Part shown: piece by piece, positions 46,247 to 56,793 of the stretch
Position numbering within the stretch: the stretch's first letter is position 1
Layout of the letters: each line of letters begins with the position of its first letter
DNA from: a virus
Taxonomy: Duplodnaviria > Caudoviricetes
DNA: 64,000 nucleotides
Direction: 5' to 3' (one strand)
Virus record (IMG/VR): IMGVR_UViG_3300031555_001586
Coordinates: 25,746-89,745 of that record
Translations under genes and position numbers: made by a program
The notes under the pieces: model-generated
What the model saw: only the letters and a program-made list of their open reading frames with translations
What the model was told of the DNA's origin: nothing
Database searches by the model: none

Positions 46247-49200
46247 ATGGCTATAGATATCAAATTTGATTTGATTGGCAATCCAGAACCGCCCACTATA
46301 ATACTAGCTAATAGAAACGGTAATAAACTTGGACAATTAAAAGTTAATACTGAAAGCATCGAATTGACCGATAAATTTAATGATGTCTCTGAATTTAGTT
46401 TTACAATAAATAAATATATAGACAATGAACCAACACATTTATGGGATAAAGTTATTGATTTTAAACTTGTATATTGCAAAGAATGGGATATGTGGTTTGA
46501 AATTAAAGTTGAACTAGATGAAGCTACTGAAACTGTCAAAACAATATTTTGTACTCAGTTAGGTCAGGCGGAACTTTCTCAAATCATGCTTTACAATATT
46601 GAGATTAATACAGAGGATGATATCGCTAGAGACGATTACAAGGTTAGTGTTCTATATAATGTAGATGATACTGAAGCATCTATATTACATAGGATTTTAA
46701 AAGATAAAGCGCCCCACTATTCTATTGCAGATGTTTCACCTACTATAGCTAAGATACAAAGAAGCTTCTCTTTTGACGGCATCTCTATATATGATGCGTT
46801 TCAAGAAATTGGTGAAGAAGTGGGATGTTTATTTATTTTTCATTCTAATTCAGATGAAAATGGGAAAATTCAAAGAACTATATCCGTATATGATTTACAA
46901 CAATATTGTAATGATTGTGGTTATAGGGGAGAATTTACAGATAAGTGTCCTAAATGCAATAGTACAAGCATAACGAATGGTTATGGCGAAGATACGTTGA
47001 TTTTTGTCACTTCTGATGAATTGGCTTCTGGCGGCATCCAATTAGTTACTGACGTTGATTCGGTTAAGAGTTGTTTTAAGTTAGAAGCTGGCGATGATTT
47101 GATGACATCGACAGTCCGCAATTGTAATCCAAACGGAACTGATTATATATGGTACTTTTCGGACGACATTAAAGAAGATATGTCTGATGAATTAGTCGAA
47201 AAACTAGAATCTTATGATAAAAATTATCGGTATTACAGCAACGAATATATTGTAAATATAGACCAAGAATTATTAGATAGTTACAATGCGCTTGTTAATA
47301 AATATAAAGAATATAATTATGATTTGAATTATATTTTTCCTCCAATTAAGGGTTATTCATCTTTAATGAATGCGTATTATGATACTGTAGATTTGGCTTT
47401 GTTTTTAAAATCCTCTCTGATGCCTACTTACGATGAATATACTAGTGCCGAAGATATCTATTTGATTGATGAATTAGATAACTTTCTAACAGACGAGTCA
47501 GACAATCTATTGACATATAGAAGAGGAATTAGAGAAAAGACAAATGCCGAGGAACAAGCAAGTCTATTAACGGTCTCTGCCCTCTCCCCTGTTTCTGTAT
47601 CTAATATAAGTATTGCTTCGGCAGCAACAATTGACAGTACCGTTTTATCTGTGGCAAAGATTGTTGTTAAATCAACATACAAAGTAGAAGTAAATGCGTC
47701 TAATATAGTTGATAATGGTGATACAAAAATATGGACTGGCAGTTTTATAGTTACAAGCTATGTTGACGAAGAAGATAGAGCTATAAGCAAAACTGTATCT
47801 GTTGTAGTAAATGATAATTATGAAAACTTTGTTAAGCAAAAAATAGAAAAAGCACTAAGCAAAGGAAATACAGAAGATTTAAGTATCACTGGCTTATTCT
47901 CAAAGGGAATTTATAGTTTTAGAAGTGATTTGAAGCATTATTCATTAAATTCTCTTCTGAGTTTTCGTGATGCTTGTCAAGCATGTATTGACATTTTAAT
48001 AGAACAAGGTATTGGCAGTGATACTAATAGCGATTTGTATAAAAATTTATACAGCCCTTATCTTGAAAAGCTGCAAGCTATTGAAGCAGAGATAAAAGTC
48101 AGAGAAGATGAAATAAACTCTATAACAGGAGCTTATGATTCAGATGGCAATTTAATTTCCAAAGGTATACAAAATTATATTGACAAATATAGAACTGAAA
48201 TACAAAAGATACTTAACTTCGAAGAATATTTGGGTGAAGAATTGTGGTTAGAATTTTGCTCTTATCGCAGAGAAGATAAGTATTCGAATGAAAATTATAT
48301 CTCAAATGGACTAGATAATGCAGAGCTATTTAAAAAGGCGCTAGAGTTCTTCGAGGTTGCAGAGAATGAAATTTATAAATCATCTGAATTACAACATTCT
48401 ATTTCAACTACTTTAAATAATTTATTAGCGATTCCGAAGTTTGAACCGCTGGTCAAAATGTTTAAGGTTGGCAATTGGATTAGGGTTCAAATTGATAATA
48501 AGATATATAAATTAAGATTGCTTGAGTATGGAATTGATTATAGCAAGTTTGATAGTATTCCCGTTGAATTTTCAGATGTAACCAAAGTTAAAAATGGAGT
48601 TACTGATGTTGAAAGTATTTTGTCTCAGGCGGCTAATATGGCTACCTCTTATAGCACTGTTAAGAGACAGGCAAGTCAAGGAGAGAAAAGTAATGCCACC
48701 TTAAATGACATAATCGAAAGTGGATTAAATGTAGAAGACACTAAAATTATTGGAACAGTTAACCAGAATCAAACATGGGATAAAAACGGAATTTTATGTC
48801 GTGAATATGACCCTATTACTGAAACATATAGCGATGAGCAATTAAAAATTATTAACTCTACTATTGCTATTACAGATGATAGTTGGGACACGACAAAGAC
48901 TGCTATTGGAAAATATTACTATACAGACCCTACAACTAAGGAACTAAAAAGTGTTTACGGTGTTAATGGTGAAACAATAGTGGGCAGATTGCTTATCGGT
49001 GAACAGCTTAACATTACCAATGATAAAAATAGTCTGCAATTTACTGATGACGGACTTGTTATTAAAAATGATGTAAATACTATATCTATAAATCCAAACA
49101 ATGAATCTTTGTTTAATATAACTAGTGATAATGGTAATATATTCCATTTAAATGATGAGGGAGAATTAGCAATCACTGGAAATATCACTGCTAAAAGTTT

Positions 49201-49780
49201 GACCTTATTGGGCAATACAACTATTGGTTCTAATGAGATTGAGGGATTACATGACGTAGCTATTACTGGTTCTTATTATGATTTGGAAAATTTGCCAGAG
49301 TTATCCCCCGTTGCTATTAGCGGCTCTTACAAAGATTTGGTCGATTTTCCAAAATTTGCTCTTGTTGCTACCAGTGGTTCTTATTATGACTTGATGAATA
49401 AGCCAACAAAATTAAGTGATTTTGAAGATGATGGTGTATTTGATAGTGTTTTAGAAAATTATTATAATACATCTCAGGTCGATAATTTATTAGATTCAAA
49501 AGTTGATAAAACTAGTTTAGCTTCTGTTGCAACATCTGGTTCTTATAATGATTTAAAGAATTTACCAGAATTAGCATCTGTGGCTCTCACTGGCAAATAT
49601 ACAAGTTTATCTGATACGCCGACTATTCCAGAAAAATTAAGCGAATTAGAAAATGATAGTGCGTTTGTGACAAATAGCGTAGACAACTTAACAAATTATT
49701 ATAGTAAAGCTGAAGTTGACGCTAAAATAGAAGAATTGAAAAGTTGGGTATTGAGTCAAATACAAGGAACGGCAACTTAA
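46247..49780 (+). CDS. Baseplate hub/Tal-like minor tail protein with C-terminal VAxSGSYxDL repeats
   Basis: Position after Dit; 1177 aa; five VA(I/T/L)(T/S)G(S/K)YxDL-type repeats at the C-terminus. Confidence 0.7.
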   Translation: MAIDIKFDLIGNPEPPTIILANRNGNKLGQLKVNTESIELTDKFNDVSEFSFTINKYIDNEPTHLWDKVIDFKLVYCKEWDMWFEIKVELDEATETVKTIFCTQLGQAELSQIMLYNIEINTEDDIARDDYKVSVLYNVDDTEASILHRILKDKAPHYSIADVSPTIAKIQRSFSFDGISIYDAFQEIGEEVGCLFIFHSNSDENGKIQRTISVYDLQQYCNDCGYRGEFTDKCPKCNSTSITNGYGEDTLIFVTSDELASGGIQLVTDVDSVKSCFKLEAGDDLMTSTVRNCNPNGTDYIWYFSDDIKEDMSDELVEKLESYDKNYRYYSNEYIVNIDQELLDSYNALVNKYKEYNYDLNYIFPPIKGYSSLMNAYYDTVDLALFLKSSLMPTYDEYTSAEDIYLIDELDNFLTDESDNLLTYRRGIREKTNAEEQASLLTVSALSPVSVSNISIASAATIDSTVLSVAKIVVKSTYKVEVNASNIVDNGDTKIWTGSFIVTSYVDEEDRAISKTVSVVVNDNYENFVKQKIEKALSKGNTEDLSITGLFSKGIYSFRSDLKHYSLNSLLSFRDACQACIDILIEQGIGSDTNSDLYKNLYSPYLEKLQAIEAEIKVREDEINSITGAYDSDGNLISKGIQNYIDKYRTEIQKILNFEEYLGEELWLEFCSYRREDKYSNENYISNGLDNAELFKKALEFFEVAENEIYKSSELQHSISTTLNNLLAIPKFEPLVKMFKVGNWIRVQIDNKIYKLRLLEYGIDYSKFDSIPVEFSDVTKVKNGVTDVESILSQAANMATSYSTVKRQASQGEKSNATLNDIIESGLNVEDTKIIGTVNQNQTWDKNGILCREYDPITETYSDEQLKIINSTIAITDDSWDTTKTAIGKYYYTDPTTKELKSVYGVNGETIVGRLLIGEQLNITNDKNSLQFTDDGLVIKNDVNTISINPNNESLFNITSDNGNIFHLNDEGELAITGNITAKSLTLLGNTTIGSNEIEGLHDVAITGSYYDLENLPELSPVAISGSYKDLVDFPKFALVATSGSYYDLMNKPTKLSDFEDDGVFDSVLENYYNTSQVDNLLDSKVDKTSLASVATSGSYNDLKNLPELASVALTGKYTSLSDTPTIPEKLSELENDSAFVTNSVDNLTNYYSKAEVDAKIEELKSWVLSQIQGTAT

Positions 49781-49830
49781 TAAATAACTAATAAAGTTAT
49801 ATATGTTTTAATAAAATTAAGGTGATAAAT

Positions 49831-50640
49831 ATGAAATGTGGAGCAATATTTTCTGGATATGACGCAAGGGATTATAAGCTTATTTGTGCAGCACGAGATT
49901 ATGATTTTCCAGAAGAGTTTGAACTAAATACTGTTAGAATCAAGAATCAAATGGATGTTGGAAGTTGTGTTGCTCACTCCCTTTCCAGCATTCTTGAGTA
50001 TTATAATAATAAACAAAATAACAATCCCACTGAAATGAGTGTTGGTTATATTTATGGTAATCGTAGCACTTCTGAGTATGAAGGCGAAGGTATGATTATG
50101 CGTGATGCTTTAGAAGTGGTTAGGAAATACGGTGACGTTTATAAGACTGATTTCAGTAATGGCATTGTTGATAATGTTGAAGTGCCAACGATAACTTTTT
50201 TGTATGAAATGCAAAAAGATGCTTTGTATGATAAAGGTTACCCCCATCGTATTTCACAGTATTGCAGAGTAAATTCTGTAAATGCTATTAAGGCTTCTTT
50301 GTATGCTGGCAATCCTGTTCTTATGGCAATGATGTGGTATGACGATATGGAAGTTGTTGATGGCATTTTAACTACTTCCTATGAAGGTTGTGCTGGCGGT
50401 CATTGCATGTTTATTTATGGCTGGGATGAGACAGGCTGGAAAGTCCAGAACAGTTGGGGCGAAGATTGGGGAAACAATGGATGTATGATTGTTCCTTATG
50501 AAATGCCAATTGAAGAATTTTGGACTTTAACCGACGACATTATTGAAGGTACTTATGTTAAGAAGCCATTCCAATCTAAAATTGGTAAGTTGTTAGCAAA
50601 GGTTCTTAATAAAGCAGCCAACAAGGTTGGTGGCAAATAA
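49831..50640 (+). CDS. Papain-like (C1 family) cysteine peptidase
   Basis: KNQxxVGSCVAHS (Gln/Cys), GGHCMFIYGW (His) and WKVQNSWGEDWG (Asn). Confidence 0.9.
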   Translation: MKCGAIFSGYDARDYKLICAARDYDFPEEFELNTVRIKNQMDVGSCVAHSLSSILEYYNNKQNNNPTEMSVGYIYGNRSTSEYEGEGMIMRDALEVVRKYGDVYKTDFSNGIVDNVEVPTITFLYEMQKDALYDKGYPHRISQYCRVNSVNAIKASLYAGNPVLMAMMWYDDMEVVDGILTTSYEGCAGGHCMFIYGWDETGWKVQNSWGEDWGNNGCMIVPYEMPIEEFWTLTDDIIEGTYVKKPFQSKIGKLLAKVLNKAANKVGGK

Positions 50641-51035
50641 TGGTTTATATGACCAAAAATCAATACGATTCTAAATTAGCGAAGCTACAAAAAAGAAATG
50701 AAAATATTGAACGTCGTAGAAAATTGCGTGAAGAGCGTATGAAATATTGGCCTAAATTTGTTTTGCCATCTACAAGTAAGATTGTGTTGGGAATATCAGG
50801 ACTTCTATGTTTAGAGGTGCTAATATTTTGCCAGTATATGATTATTGTAACTGGTGACACAAATTCTTTGTATGCTATGGTTGGCGCTTTGTTTACTTTT
50901 ATGGGGACGGTAATTTCATATTATGTTAAGTCAACACGAGAGAATACGAAATCGGGAATTGTATATGAAACTGCTATGGCTCAAATACAGCAACCTGTTA
51001 TAAATCATGCTAATACGGAACAAGCGGTAGGTTAG
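50640..51035 (+). CDS. Two-TM membrane protein (holin-like)
   Basis: Basic N-terminus and two hydrophobic segments; located near the endolysin. Confidence 0.55.
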   Translation: MVYMTKNQYDSKLAKLQKRNENIERRRKLREERMKYWPKFVLPSTSKIVLGISGLLCLEVLIFCQYMIIVTGDTNSLYAMVGALFTFMGTVISYYVKSTRENTKSGIVYETAMAQIQQPVINHANTEQAVG

Positions 51036-51049
51036 ATGAGGTTCTAGTT

Positions 51050-52207
51050 ATGACAAAAATTATTGAAAATGGTTGTTGGTCTGTCTACGTTCACACCAAC
51101 AAAATAAATAACAAACGTTATGTAGGAATCACCAGTAAAAAGCCAGAAGACCGATGGCAAAATGGATTTGGTTATAGCGGACAGGTGTTTTATAAAGCCA
51201 TTCAAAAATATGGTTGGGATAATTTTGACCATGAAATTATTGCAAGTAATCTTACAAGAGAAGAAGCTGAAAATTTTGAAAGAATTTTAATTTTAAAATT
51301 AGATTCATTAGTCAAACATAATGGGTATAATGTTGCTATTGGTGGTCATACGTCAACATCCGAAACAACGCCAATATACCAATTTGATATACACGGCAAT
51401 TTAATCAAAGCATATGACGGAATGTACCAAGTTGAACGTGAGCTAAACATACCATCATCAAATCTTACTGCTTGCTGCCAAGGTTTAGTCAAACAAGCAT
51501 TTGGTTTTATTTGGAAATACCAAAAAGATGTGCCAGACATAGAAAAATTTAAGGAATCAATAAATTTTTCTGATTATGATATTTGGGAGCCGGTATATCA
51601 ATTTGACATGGAACAAAATTTTATTGCAGAATATAAAAATGCTTCAGATGCTATGAAACATAATCCTAAATGGTTTAGTAGCTCCGTTTTAGAGAACTGT
51701 AGAGGAAATCTTAAACATGCTTGCGGTTATATATGGCGATTCAAAAAAGATGTTCCCGATATCGAGGGATTTAAAAATGTGCAAATTGATATGAAAAAGA
51801 AACATTATAAAGGTCAACCAGTTCTTCAATTTGACTTAGATGGTAATTTCATTAGAGAATTTGAAACGGCAAAAGAAGCTGCTGAATTATATAATTGCAC
51901 ACGATGTACCATCACCTACGCTTGTACTGGGAGAACCAGAATGGGCGTAGGTTTTTTGTGGAGATATAAAAAGGATTATTATGGTGAAAAAATAACATAT
52001 AATCCATATGTTCCTAAAACAAAGTCTATACTTCAGTATGATTTAGAAAACAATCTTATTGCAGAATATGAATCTATGGCTCAGATTGAAGAAATGTTTG
52101 GTTATAATGGTACAAATATAAGAGGAGTTTGCAACGGCAGACAGAAAACAGCGTATGGTTTTAAATGGAAATATGCAGATAAAGTTATGGAAGAAGCCGT
52201 AGGTTAA
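51050..52207 (+). CDS. Free-standing GIY-YIG homing endonuclease with four NUMOD1-like repeats
   Basis: SVYVHTNKINNKRYVGIT; repeated P(I/V)(Y/L)QFD..GN.I.E(Y/F)...A.G(F/Y).W(K/R)(Y/F) units. Confidence 0.9.
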   Translation: MTKIIENGCWSVYVHTNKINNKRYVGITSKKPEDRWQNGFGYSGQVFYKAIQKYGWDNFDHEIIASNLTREEAENFERILILKLDSLVKHNGYNVAIGGHTSTSETTPIYQFDIHGNLIKAYDGMYQVERELNIPSSNLTACCQGLVKQAFGFIWKYQKDVPDIEKFKESINFSDYDIWEPVYQFDMEQNFIAEYKNASDAMKHNPKWFSSSVLENCRGNLKHACGYIWRFKKDVPDIEGFKNVQIDMKKKHYKGQPVLQFDLDGNFIREFETAKEAAELYNCTRCTITYACTGRTRMGVGFLWRYKKDYYGEKITYNPYVPKTKSILQYDLENNLIAEYESMAQIEEMFGYNGTNIRGVCNGRQKTAYGFKWKYADKVMEEAVG

Positions 52208-52218
52208 GGAGAATTTTT

Positions 52219-52524
52219 ATGAATATAACATTGTTTATTGCTTTATTGGTTGCTTTCTCTACAATTACAAGTTTATGTACGGAAGCTGCTAAGAAAATTT
52301 TAAATGAATTAAATGTTAAGTATGCAACTAATATTTTAGTTGTTATCCTATCTTTAATTATTGGTATTGTAGGCACAGGTGTTTATTATGTTTTATTTTC
52401 TATTGAATTTAATTTAGTAAACATTGTATGTATGCCATTAATGGGTTTGACAACTGCCGTCGGTTCAATGGTCGGATATGATAAAGTTATTCAAACTATC
52501 GAACAATTAAAAAATAAGTTTTAA
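52219..52524 (+). CDS. Holin-like membrane protein
   Basis: 101 aa with 2-3 TM segments, directly upstream of the endolysin. Confidence 0.7.
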   Translation: MNITLFIALLVAFSTITSLCTEAAKKILNELNVKYATNILVVILSLIIGIVGTGVYYVLFSIEFNLVNIVCMPLMGLTTAVGSMVGYDKVIQTIEQLKNKF

Positions 52525-52553
52525 AAATTTATAAAATAGCAATTTTAAATGTT

Positions 52554-52579
52554 GAGGGTGGATACTTCCACCCTCTTTT
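52554..52579 (+). terminator. Intrinsic terminator
   Basis: GAGGGTGGA-tact-TCCACCCTC-TTTT. Confidence 0.8.
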
Positions 52580-52604
52580 CTATGTATAAGGAGGTTGATG
52601 GCTT

Positions 52605-53987
52605 ATGTTAATTGGTAGTTCAAATGAAGAAAAAATATGGAACTTCCTAAGAAGTAAAGGTTTGAATAATTATGGGGTATCTGGGCTTATGGGTAATTTG
52701 TTGGCAGAGTCTGGATTGAAGCCAAACAATCTTCAAGATACTGGTAATGTAAAATTAGGCATGACAGACGATGAATACACCAGAGCTGTCGATAATGGCG
52801 CATATACTAAAGAACAATTTATTCATGATGGATTCGGCTACTCATTGCCACAATGGACATGGCATAAGCGTAAGAAGAATTATTATGAATATGCAAAATC
52901 TAAGAATAAATCAATCGGAGATTTAGAGACTTCGTTAGAATATCTCTATAAAGAACTAACTGAAGGCTATCCTTCTGTTCTAAATACACTTAAAACTGCA
53001 ACTTCTGTTTTGGAAGCATCTAATGCGGTGTTGTTAAAATTTGAATGTCCAGCAGACCAGAGTATATCTATGCAAAATAAAAGAGCTAGTTATGGTCAAA
53101 GTTATTATAATAAATATGCCAAAAATGGCAATACGGAGAGTGAAAAAATCGTGGGTGTTAAAACATATCAAGAAAACAATAGAATTCAATTAAGTAAAAA
53201 CTTTAATTCTTATGAGTTCAGATGTGGATTAGGAAGTCCTTGTTCTTGCTCTACTATTCTAATTGATAGTAAATTAGTTGAATATTTACAGAAAATTAGA
53301 GACCATTTTGGCAAGTCTATAACTATTACAAGTGCGTATAGATGCCCCTCTTATAATAAGCGAATTGGTGGTGCGACTGGTTCCTATCATTCAAAAGGTA
53401 TGGCTGCTGACATTGTTGTTAGTGGCGTAGCTCCTAGAGAAGTTGCTAAATATGCCGAAAGCATCGGAATTCTTGGGATAGGCTTGTACGAGTCATCTGC
53501 CGATGGTTATTTTGTTCATATTGACACTCGTACTACTAAGAGTTTCTGGTATGGACAAGCACAAGCATATCGTTCTACTTTCGGGGCATCTTCTGTGAGC
53601 AGTTCTACAACTACAACTACAACTACAACTACGAATACAACGTCTTCTTCTGACGATACAATTTATACTGTTAAGAGCGGAGATACTTTGTATAAAATTG
53701 CTACCAAATATGGTATTACATATCAAACGCTCGCTAAATATAACAATATTTCTAATCCTAGTAAAATTGGTGTTGGTCAAAAAATAAAGATTCCAAGTAA
53801 TGCGTCTGGCGGCACAAAAATCAAGGTAACTGCAAATCTTCTTAATGTCAGAGCAGGAGCTGGAACGAATTTTAAAATAGTTGCAACTATTAAAAAAGAC
53901 TCGACTCACAAACTATTAGAAGAAAAAGATGGTTGGGGTAGAATTTCGGGTGGTTGGATTAGTGCGGCATACTATAAGAAAATTTAA
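52605..53987 (+). CDS. Modular endolysin: phage-tail-lysozyme-like + M15 peptidase + LysM + SH3b
   Basis: [10 protein letters not shown]...QWT; SAYRC...HSKGMAADI...FVHIDTR; S/T linker; [13 protein letters not shown]; LNVRAGAG...GWGRI. Confidence 0.88.
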   Translation: MLIGSSNEEKIWNFLRSKGLNNYGVSGLMGNLLAESGLKPNNLQDTGNVKLGMTDDEYTRAVDNGAYTKEQFIHDGFGYSLPQWTWHKRKKNYYEYAKSKNKSIGDLETSLEYLYKELTEGYPSVLNTLKTATSVLEASNAVLLKFECPADQSISMQNKRASYGQSYYNKYAKNGNTESEKIVGVKTYQENNRIQLSKNFNSYEFRCGLGSPCSCSTILIDSKLVEYLQKIRDHFGKSITITSAYRCPSYNKRIGGATGSYHSKGMAADIVVSGVAPREVAKYAESIGILGIGLYESSADGYFVHIDTRTTKSFWYGQAQAYRSTFGASSVSSSTTTTTTTTTNTTSSSDDTIYTVKSGDTLYKIATKYGITYQTLAKYNNISNPSKIGVGQKIKIPSNASGGTKIKVTANLLNVRAGAGTNFKIVATIKKDSTHKLLEEKDGWGRISGGWISAAYYKKI

Positions 53988-54002
53988 CTATTAAATTTAT
54001 AA

Positions 54003-54031
54003 GCAAAAGGGATTTACATCATCCCTTTTGC
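54003..54031. terminator. Intrinsic terminator (symmetric)
   Basis: GCAAAAGGGAT-loop-ATCCCTTTTGC. Confidence 0.7.
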
Positions 54032-54070
54032 AAAGTACTTGAAAGTATTATATGAAAGGGATGATGTAAA

Positions 54071-54769
54071 TTGAAATTTGAGGAGTTGGAGCAACTTACA
54101 CAAATAGATTGGTGGCAAGTGTTCATTGGTTTGTGTCTTTTGCTCTTTTTTGTAAAGGCCATTTGGTCTGTTCTTGATTGGTTATTATTTGAAAAGCTTG
54201 GAATTGAAACAAAGAAAATGAAGCAGAAACGGCAGGAAAGCGAATTGCTTAAAACTACTTATGATTTGGCGAAAACGACTGCCGAAAATTTGGATAAGCT
54301 TCAAAAGAGACATACAAAAGATGAAGAAGAGTTTAGAAATAATCTTAATAATTATATGGAAGAGAGTCGTAAAGACCGCAAGGCCTTACATGATGAAATG
54401 ACGAAGTTCACAGACAACAGGGTTAACGATAGAAAGCAGAGTTTAGAAATTCAAAAAGAGTTAAAGGATTCCATTAAAAATTTAATTGATGGTCAACAAG
54501 ACAGAGATAAGAAGATTAATGACCTTACCGACATGTTTGTTGACAAAGAAATAGACGATTTACGATTTAAGATTTTAGACTTTGCTTCTTCTATTTCTTC
54601 TGGTATGAAATATAACAGAGAATCTTATGACCACATTTTGAAAATATATGGCAAATACGAAAAAATATTAGAAGAACATAATATGGAAAATGGGTTAGTC
54701 GAAGAAAGTGTTAAATATATTCAAAGTTCTTATCAAGAACTTTTAAAAACTGGTGTAGTTGATTACTGA
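54071..54769 (+). CDS. N-terminally membrane-anchored coiled-coil protein
   Basis: TM segment WWQVFIGLCLLLFFVKAIW followed by heptads; TTG start with an RBS. Confidence 0.7.
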   Translation: MKFEELEQLTQIDWWQVFIGLCLLLFFVKAIWSVLDWLLFEKLGIETKKMKQKRQESELLKTTYDLAKTTAENLDKLQKRHTKDEEEFRNNLNNYMEESRKDRKALHDEMTKFTDNRVNDRKQSLEIQKELKDSIKNLIDGQQDRDKKINDLTDMFVDKEIDDLRFKILDFASSISSGMKYNRESYDHILKIYGKYEKILEEHNMENGLVEESVKYIQSSYQELLKTGVVDY

Positions 54770-54812
54770 TTTATTTTTATTATTTTAAAAGCCATATATT
54801 TGAGGTGGTGAT

Positions 54813-56783
54813 TTGATGGCTTTAGAAACTACTACAAAAATAAATGTTGATTTTCATGACAAAAAATATATTATGATTAACGCCAAGCAATATGACCATA
54901 ATTCAAGATGGATTGCGGTTACTTGTTATGACGATGGCAATCTTTTCAATCTTAGTGCTAGTAAGCATACTGCCTACATTAGATATAGAAAAGCCGATGG
55001 TTATGGTGTTTTAAATACTTGTAGAATAAATTATAAAGGTGAAGTTTTAGTTGAATTGACTGAGCAGATGCTTTCTGCTGTTGGAATTTGTTATGTAGAT
55101 TTGATAATTGTCAATAGAGGCTCTGCAATTGTCAATATTGAGACTGGTGAAATTATCACAACTGATGGCTCTGCAATTATTTCTACTATGGCATTTTGTA
55201 TAAACGTATGTGAAGCCGCAGTTGATAATTCTTTGATTGAGTCTTCCTATGAATATGAAGTTAATGCTCTTAATGATTTATTGCAAAAGGCTAACTCGGA
55301 ATATAAAGAAGTTATTCAGTTGGCTAGGTCTTATGCCATTGGCGACGCTGATGATGTAAGAGAAAATGAAGATTATGATAATTCGAAATACTACTCTTTG
55401 CTATCAAAATCTTATGCTATTGGCGATTTAGACGGCAGCACAGAAACAAAAGATAGAGAAAACGAGGGTGTTGACAATGCCGAATATTATTCTCGTTTGG
55501 CGAAATCATATGCCAAGGGAGATTTAAGCGGAAGTACTGGTACGAGAAGTGAAGAAGGTATTGATAATGCTCAGTACTATTCTCAGATGTCAAAATCATT
55601 TGCTATGGGCGGTACAGGTCTTGAAGCAAGAAGTGGTGAGGATGTTGACAATTCAGAATATTATTCTCAAATGTCTAAGTCCTATGCTATGGGTGGCACT
55701 GGACTTGAAGCAAGAGATGGCGAAGATATTGATAATGCTGAATATTATTCTCGGCTATCTAAGTCATATGCAAAAGGCGGAACTAATATTGCTGAAAGAA
55801 ATGTTGATGGCGAAGATGAAAACATTGATAATGCCGAATACTATTCTCGTTTAGCCAAATCGTATACTATGGGCAGTTTTGACGGAAGTACTGGAACTAG
55901 AAGTGATGAAAGTACTGAAAATGCAAAGACTTATATGGAAACTACCAAGTCTCATATGGATACTACCGACGGTTTTATGAAAACAACAGAAGAGTACATG
56001 GAAACAACTGAGGGTTACATGAATACTACCGATGGTTTTATGGATAAGGCTGAAGAGTATATGAATACCACTAATGGTTATATGGGTACTACTGAAGGTT
56101 ATATGAATAAAACTGAAGAGTATATGAATATTACCGATGGCTATATGAAAACAACTGACGGTTATATGAAAACAACCGAGAGTTACATGAATGCTACTGA
56201 AGGTTATATGAATAAGACTGAAGGGTTCATGAATACTACTGACGGTTATATGAGCGCAACCAAAGGTTATATGGAGACAGCTCAGGGTTACATGGATACG
56301 GCTGAGTCTCACATGAATAACGCAGAGACATATATGAATAATGCCGCTACTAGCGAGACTAATGCTAAAACAAGTGAAACAAATGCTGCTACTAGTGAGA
56401 CTAATGCTTATGATTATTCTATAATTGCTCAAAGGTATGCAATTGGCGGTACTGGAACGGTATCTGGCGAAGATACAGATAACGCTAGATATTATTACCA
56501 GCAAGTGAAAGGAATTCAAGATAGCTTAAGTGGAACGCTTTCTCCTCAAGGTACTATTTCTTTTGGAGAATTGGCAACGGCAGAAAAATTTACTGGTTAT
56601 ATGTATCTTATTGATGAGAGTTTTACTACTGATGAGACGTTTGCTGATGGTGGAGGCGTTCAATATCCTGCTGGTACACTTGTTTATTATACTGCCGATG
56701 GCTATTGGGCCTGTCTTGATACTTTTGGCTCAAGCGTGGCTACGGCTGATGAAGTAAAAGAATATTTAGGCTTGTTAATGTGA
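54813..56783 (+). CDS. BppU-like tail-fibre/baseplate upper protein with internal repeats
   Basis: BppU-like N-terminus (AKQYDHNSRWIAVT...VELTEQML), 7-8 SYAxG...DNAxYY repeats and 20 Met heptads. Confidence 0.7.
   Translation: MMALETTTKINVDFHDKKYIMINAKQYDHNSRWIAVTCYDDGNLFNLSASKHTAYIRYRKADGYGVLNTCRINYKGEVLVELTEQMLSAVGICYVDLIIVNRGSAIVNIETGEIITTDGSAIISTMAFCINVCEAAVDNSLIESSYEYEVNALNDLLQKANSEYKEVIQLARSYAIGDADDVRENEDYDNSKYYSLLSKSYAIGDLDGSTETKDRENEGVDNAEYYSRLAKSYAKGDLSGSTGTRSEEGIDNAQYYSQMSKSFAMGGTGLEARSGEDVDNSEYYSQMSKSYAMGGTGLEARDGEDIDNAEYYSRLSKSYAKGGTNIAERNVDGEDENIDNAEYYSRLAKSYTMGSFDGSTGTRSDESTENAKTYMETTKSHMDTTDGFMKTTEEYMETTEGYMNTTDGFMDKAEEYMNTTNGYMGTTEGYMNKTEEYMNITDGYMKTTDGYMKTTESYMNATEGYMNKTEGFMNTTDGYMSATKGYMETAQGYMDTAESHMNNAETYMNNAATSETNAKTSETNAATSETNAYDYSIIAQRYAIGGTGTVSGEDTDNARYYYQQVKGIQDSLSGTLSPQGTISFGELATAEKFTGYMYLIDESFTTDETFADGGGVQYPAGTLVYYTADGYWACLDTFGSSVATADEVKEYLGLLM
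55923..56342 (+). repeat. 20 tandem 21-bp repeats encoding T/A-x-G/E-Y/F-M-x-x heptads
   Basis: For example TDGFMKT TEEYMET TEGYMNT; read directly. Confidence 0.92.
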
Positions 56784-56793
56784 GGTGAGTTAA

